From NCBI RefSeq assembly GCF_009914755.1, contig NC_060931.1: a stretch of DNA of 64,000 bases; one strand, written 5' to 3'. Below, piece after piece: positions 62,380 to 64,000 of the stretch. The position numbers and the translations under genes were made by a program. Under the pieces are notes generated by a model. It made no database searches. It was not told where the DNA came from and saw only the letters and a list, made by a program, of their open reading frames with translations. This stretch comes from the human T2T-CHM13v2.0 reference genome, Homo sapiens. Numbering within the stretch: position 1 is the first letter of the stretch; each line of letters opens with the position of its first letter.

Positions 62380-62890
62380 GTTTACTGCAGCACTATTCAC
62401 AATAGCCAAGATATGGAATCAACCTAGTGTCCAACAACAGAATAATGGGTAAAGAAAATGTGGTATATATACACAATAGAATACTATTCAGCCACAAAAA
62501 AAGAATGAAATCCTGTCATTCACAGCAACACAGATGGAACTAGAAGACATTAAGTGCAATAGGCTAGGACAGAAAGTTCACCACCACATCTTCACTCATG
62601 TGCAGAAGCTAAAAAAAGTTGATCTCATATAAGTAAAAAGTAGAACAGAAGATTCTAGTGTTCTAGTGTTCTAAAGCACAGTAGGATGATTATAGGTAAC
62701 ATAATATATAGTTTCAAACAGCAAAAAAGAGGATACTGAATGTTCCCAACAAAAAGAAATGATGTGTTTTAGATGATGGATATGCTAATTACCATGGCTT
62801 GATCATTACACATTGTACACATGTATCAAAATATCACATTGTACCCCATAAATATGTACAATTAATATGTGTCAATTTAAAAAAAAAAAC
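62380..62890 (+). mobile_element. L1MA 3' end
   Basis: gcagcactattcacaatagccaagatatgg...gtaccccataaatatgtacaat and A tail. Confidence 0.85.
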
Positions 62891-63593
62891 TTCAGAACAC
62901 ATCCAAAGTTGGCTGAAAAAAATAACTGAAAATTTTAAACTATATGGTCAATGGTAGCAAAGAGAATTTATCACTAAGAATTGTGTAAGAAAGCTCTACA
63001 CTCTTAAAATAATAGAGGTACAGTATGCATTAGTATTTTTTCTAGCTTAATTTATTTATGATACTATGGTTGTCCTTGCCAACTGTTAAGTCCCCTTGGG
63101 GTGGGTCTCTTCATCCTTTGTACGATGCCTAACAGATCAAAATGCTTAATGTTCCACTTTCTTGGCCTTAAGAATTCTTTGCTTTCTATATGTTTTTCTT
63201 GTAAGCATTTTCAGATTTCTCATGTTGAATATTAGAAGAAAGTTCATGGAAATACTATAGAGAAAAATACTCAATTCTTTCTAAACATAACTTTTACAGC
63301 ATTGGTAAAGAAACTGTGGAGTCTTTAAAAACTACATTATTCCTCAACAAATGCTCTTTTAAAACATCTGGGAAAGAAACCCATTTCAGTTAACAACATA
63401 AAAGGAAGGACAAACTCTAACACCGTTTATTTAATATATGTGGTGTATGAACTTATTTAATGACCAAAAAAGGAAAAATTATTATTTAGTAAGTTTTGGG
63501 ATAATAAAACAGAGGTTTGCCAAATAAAAGAGAGAAACAGGAATGCTTTAATGATTCCCATATCCTTGACAAAAAATTGTATCTTTGTTCTGT

Positions 63594-63900
63594 AGCTGGG
63601 CTCAGTGGCTCACGCCTGTAATCCCAGCACTTTGGGAGGCCAAGAAGGGTGGATCACCTGAAGTCAGGAGTTCGAAATCAGCCTGGCCAACATGGTGAAA
63701 CCCCACCTCTACTAAAAATACAAAAATTAGCTGGGTGTGGTGGTGCATGCCTGTAATCTCAGCTACTCAGGAGGCTGAGGCAAGAGAATCGCTTGAATCT
63801 AGGAGAAGGAGGTTGCAGTGAGCCAAGATCATATACCACTGCACTCTAGCCTGGGTGAGAAAGGGAGGCTCTGTCTTAAAAAAAAAAAAAAAAAAAAAAA
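63594..63900 (+). mobile_element. AluSx-like
   Basis: Full-length Alu with A-tail. Confidence 0.9.
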
Positions 63901-64000
63901 TTGTAATTTGCTCCTCTAACAAGTCTTTTAATACTTAAAAAGGTTTATAATCTAAGATGAAATTCAGCCTACTGAATTTAGTTATACAAAATATATACAT

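Overview
Human (primate) genomic DNA that I recognise as the chr7p13 STK17A/COA1 locus. The + strand carries the last four coding exons and long 3'UTR of the kinase STK17A (DRAK1; 5654-13440). The - strand carries all five coding exons of the convergently transcribed mitochondrial assembly factor COA1 (MITRAC15; 25316-34723, 146 aa) and about 29 kb of its first intron; its promoter lies beyond the window. The rest is mostly transposable elements: more than 25 Alus, L1, L2, MIR, Tigger1, Charlie1, MER58A, MADE1, and MaLR/ERV LTRs. Most ORFs in the supplied track are repeat-derived noise. No bacterial-type system is present. Best leads: (1) a 3.6-kb ERV1 (LTR9/HUERS-P3-like) element that was apparently copied by L1 machinery as a processed pseudogene (5'-truncated, no U5, poly-A tail, long TSD), with a templated-insertion scar next to it; (2) a cryptic 5' splice site in the COA1 3'UTR, bracketed by inverted Alus, which could route transcripts to a 310-nt circRNA or to NMD; (3) a Tigger1-derived acceptor that would give COA1 an alternative C-terminus in the transposase frame; (4) a uORF whose stop codon overlaps both COA1 start ATGs. 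Repeat subfamily names are from memory of consensus sequences, and repeat boundaries are approximate unless a TSD is quoted.
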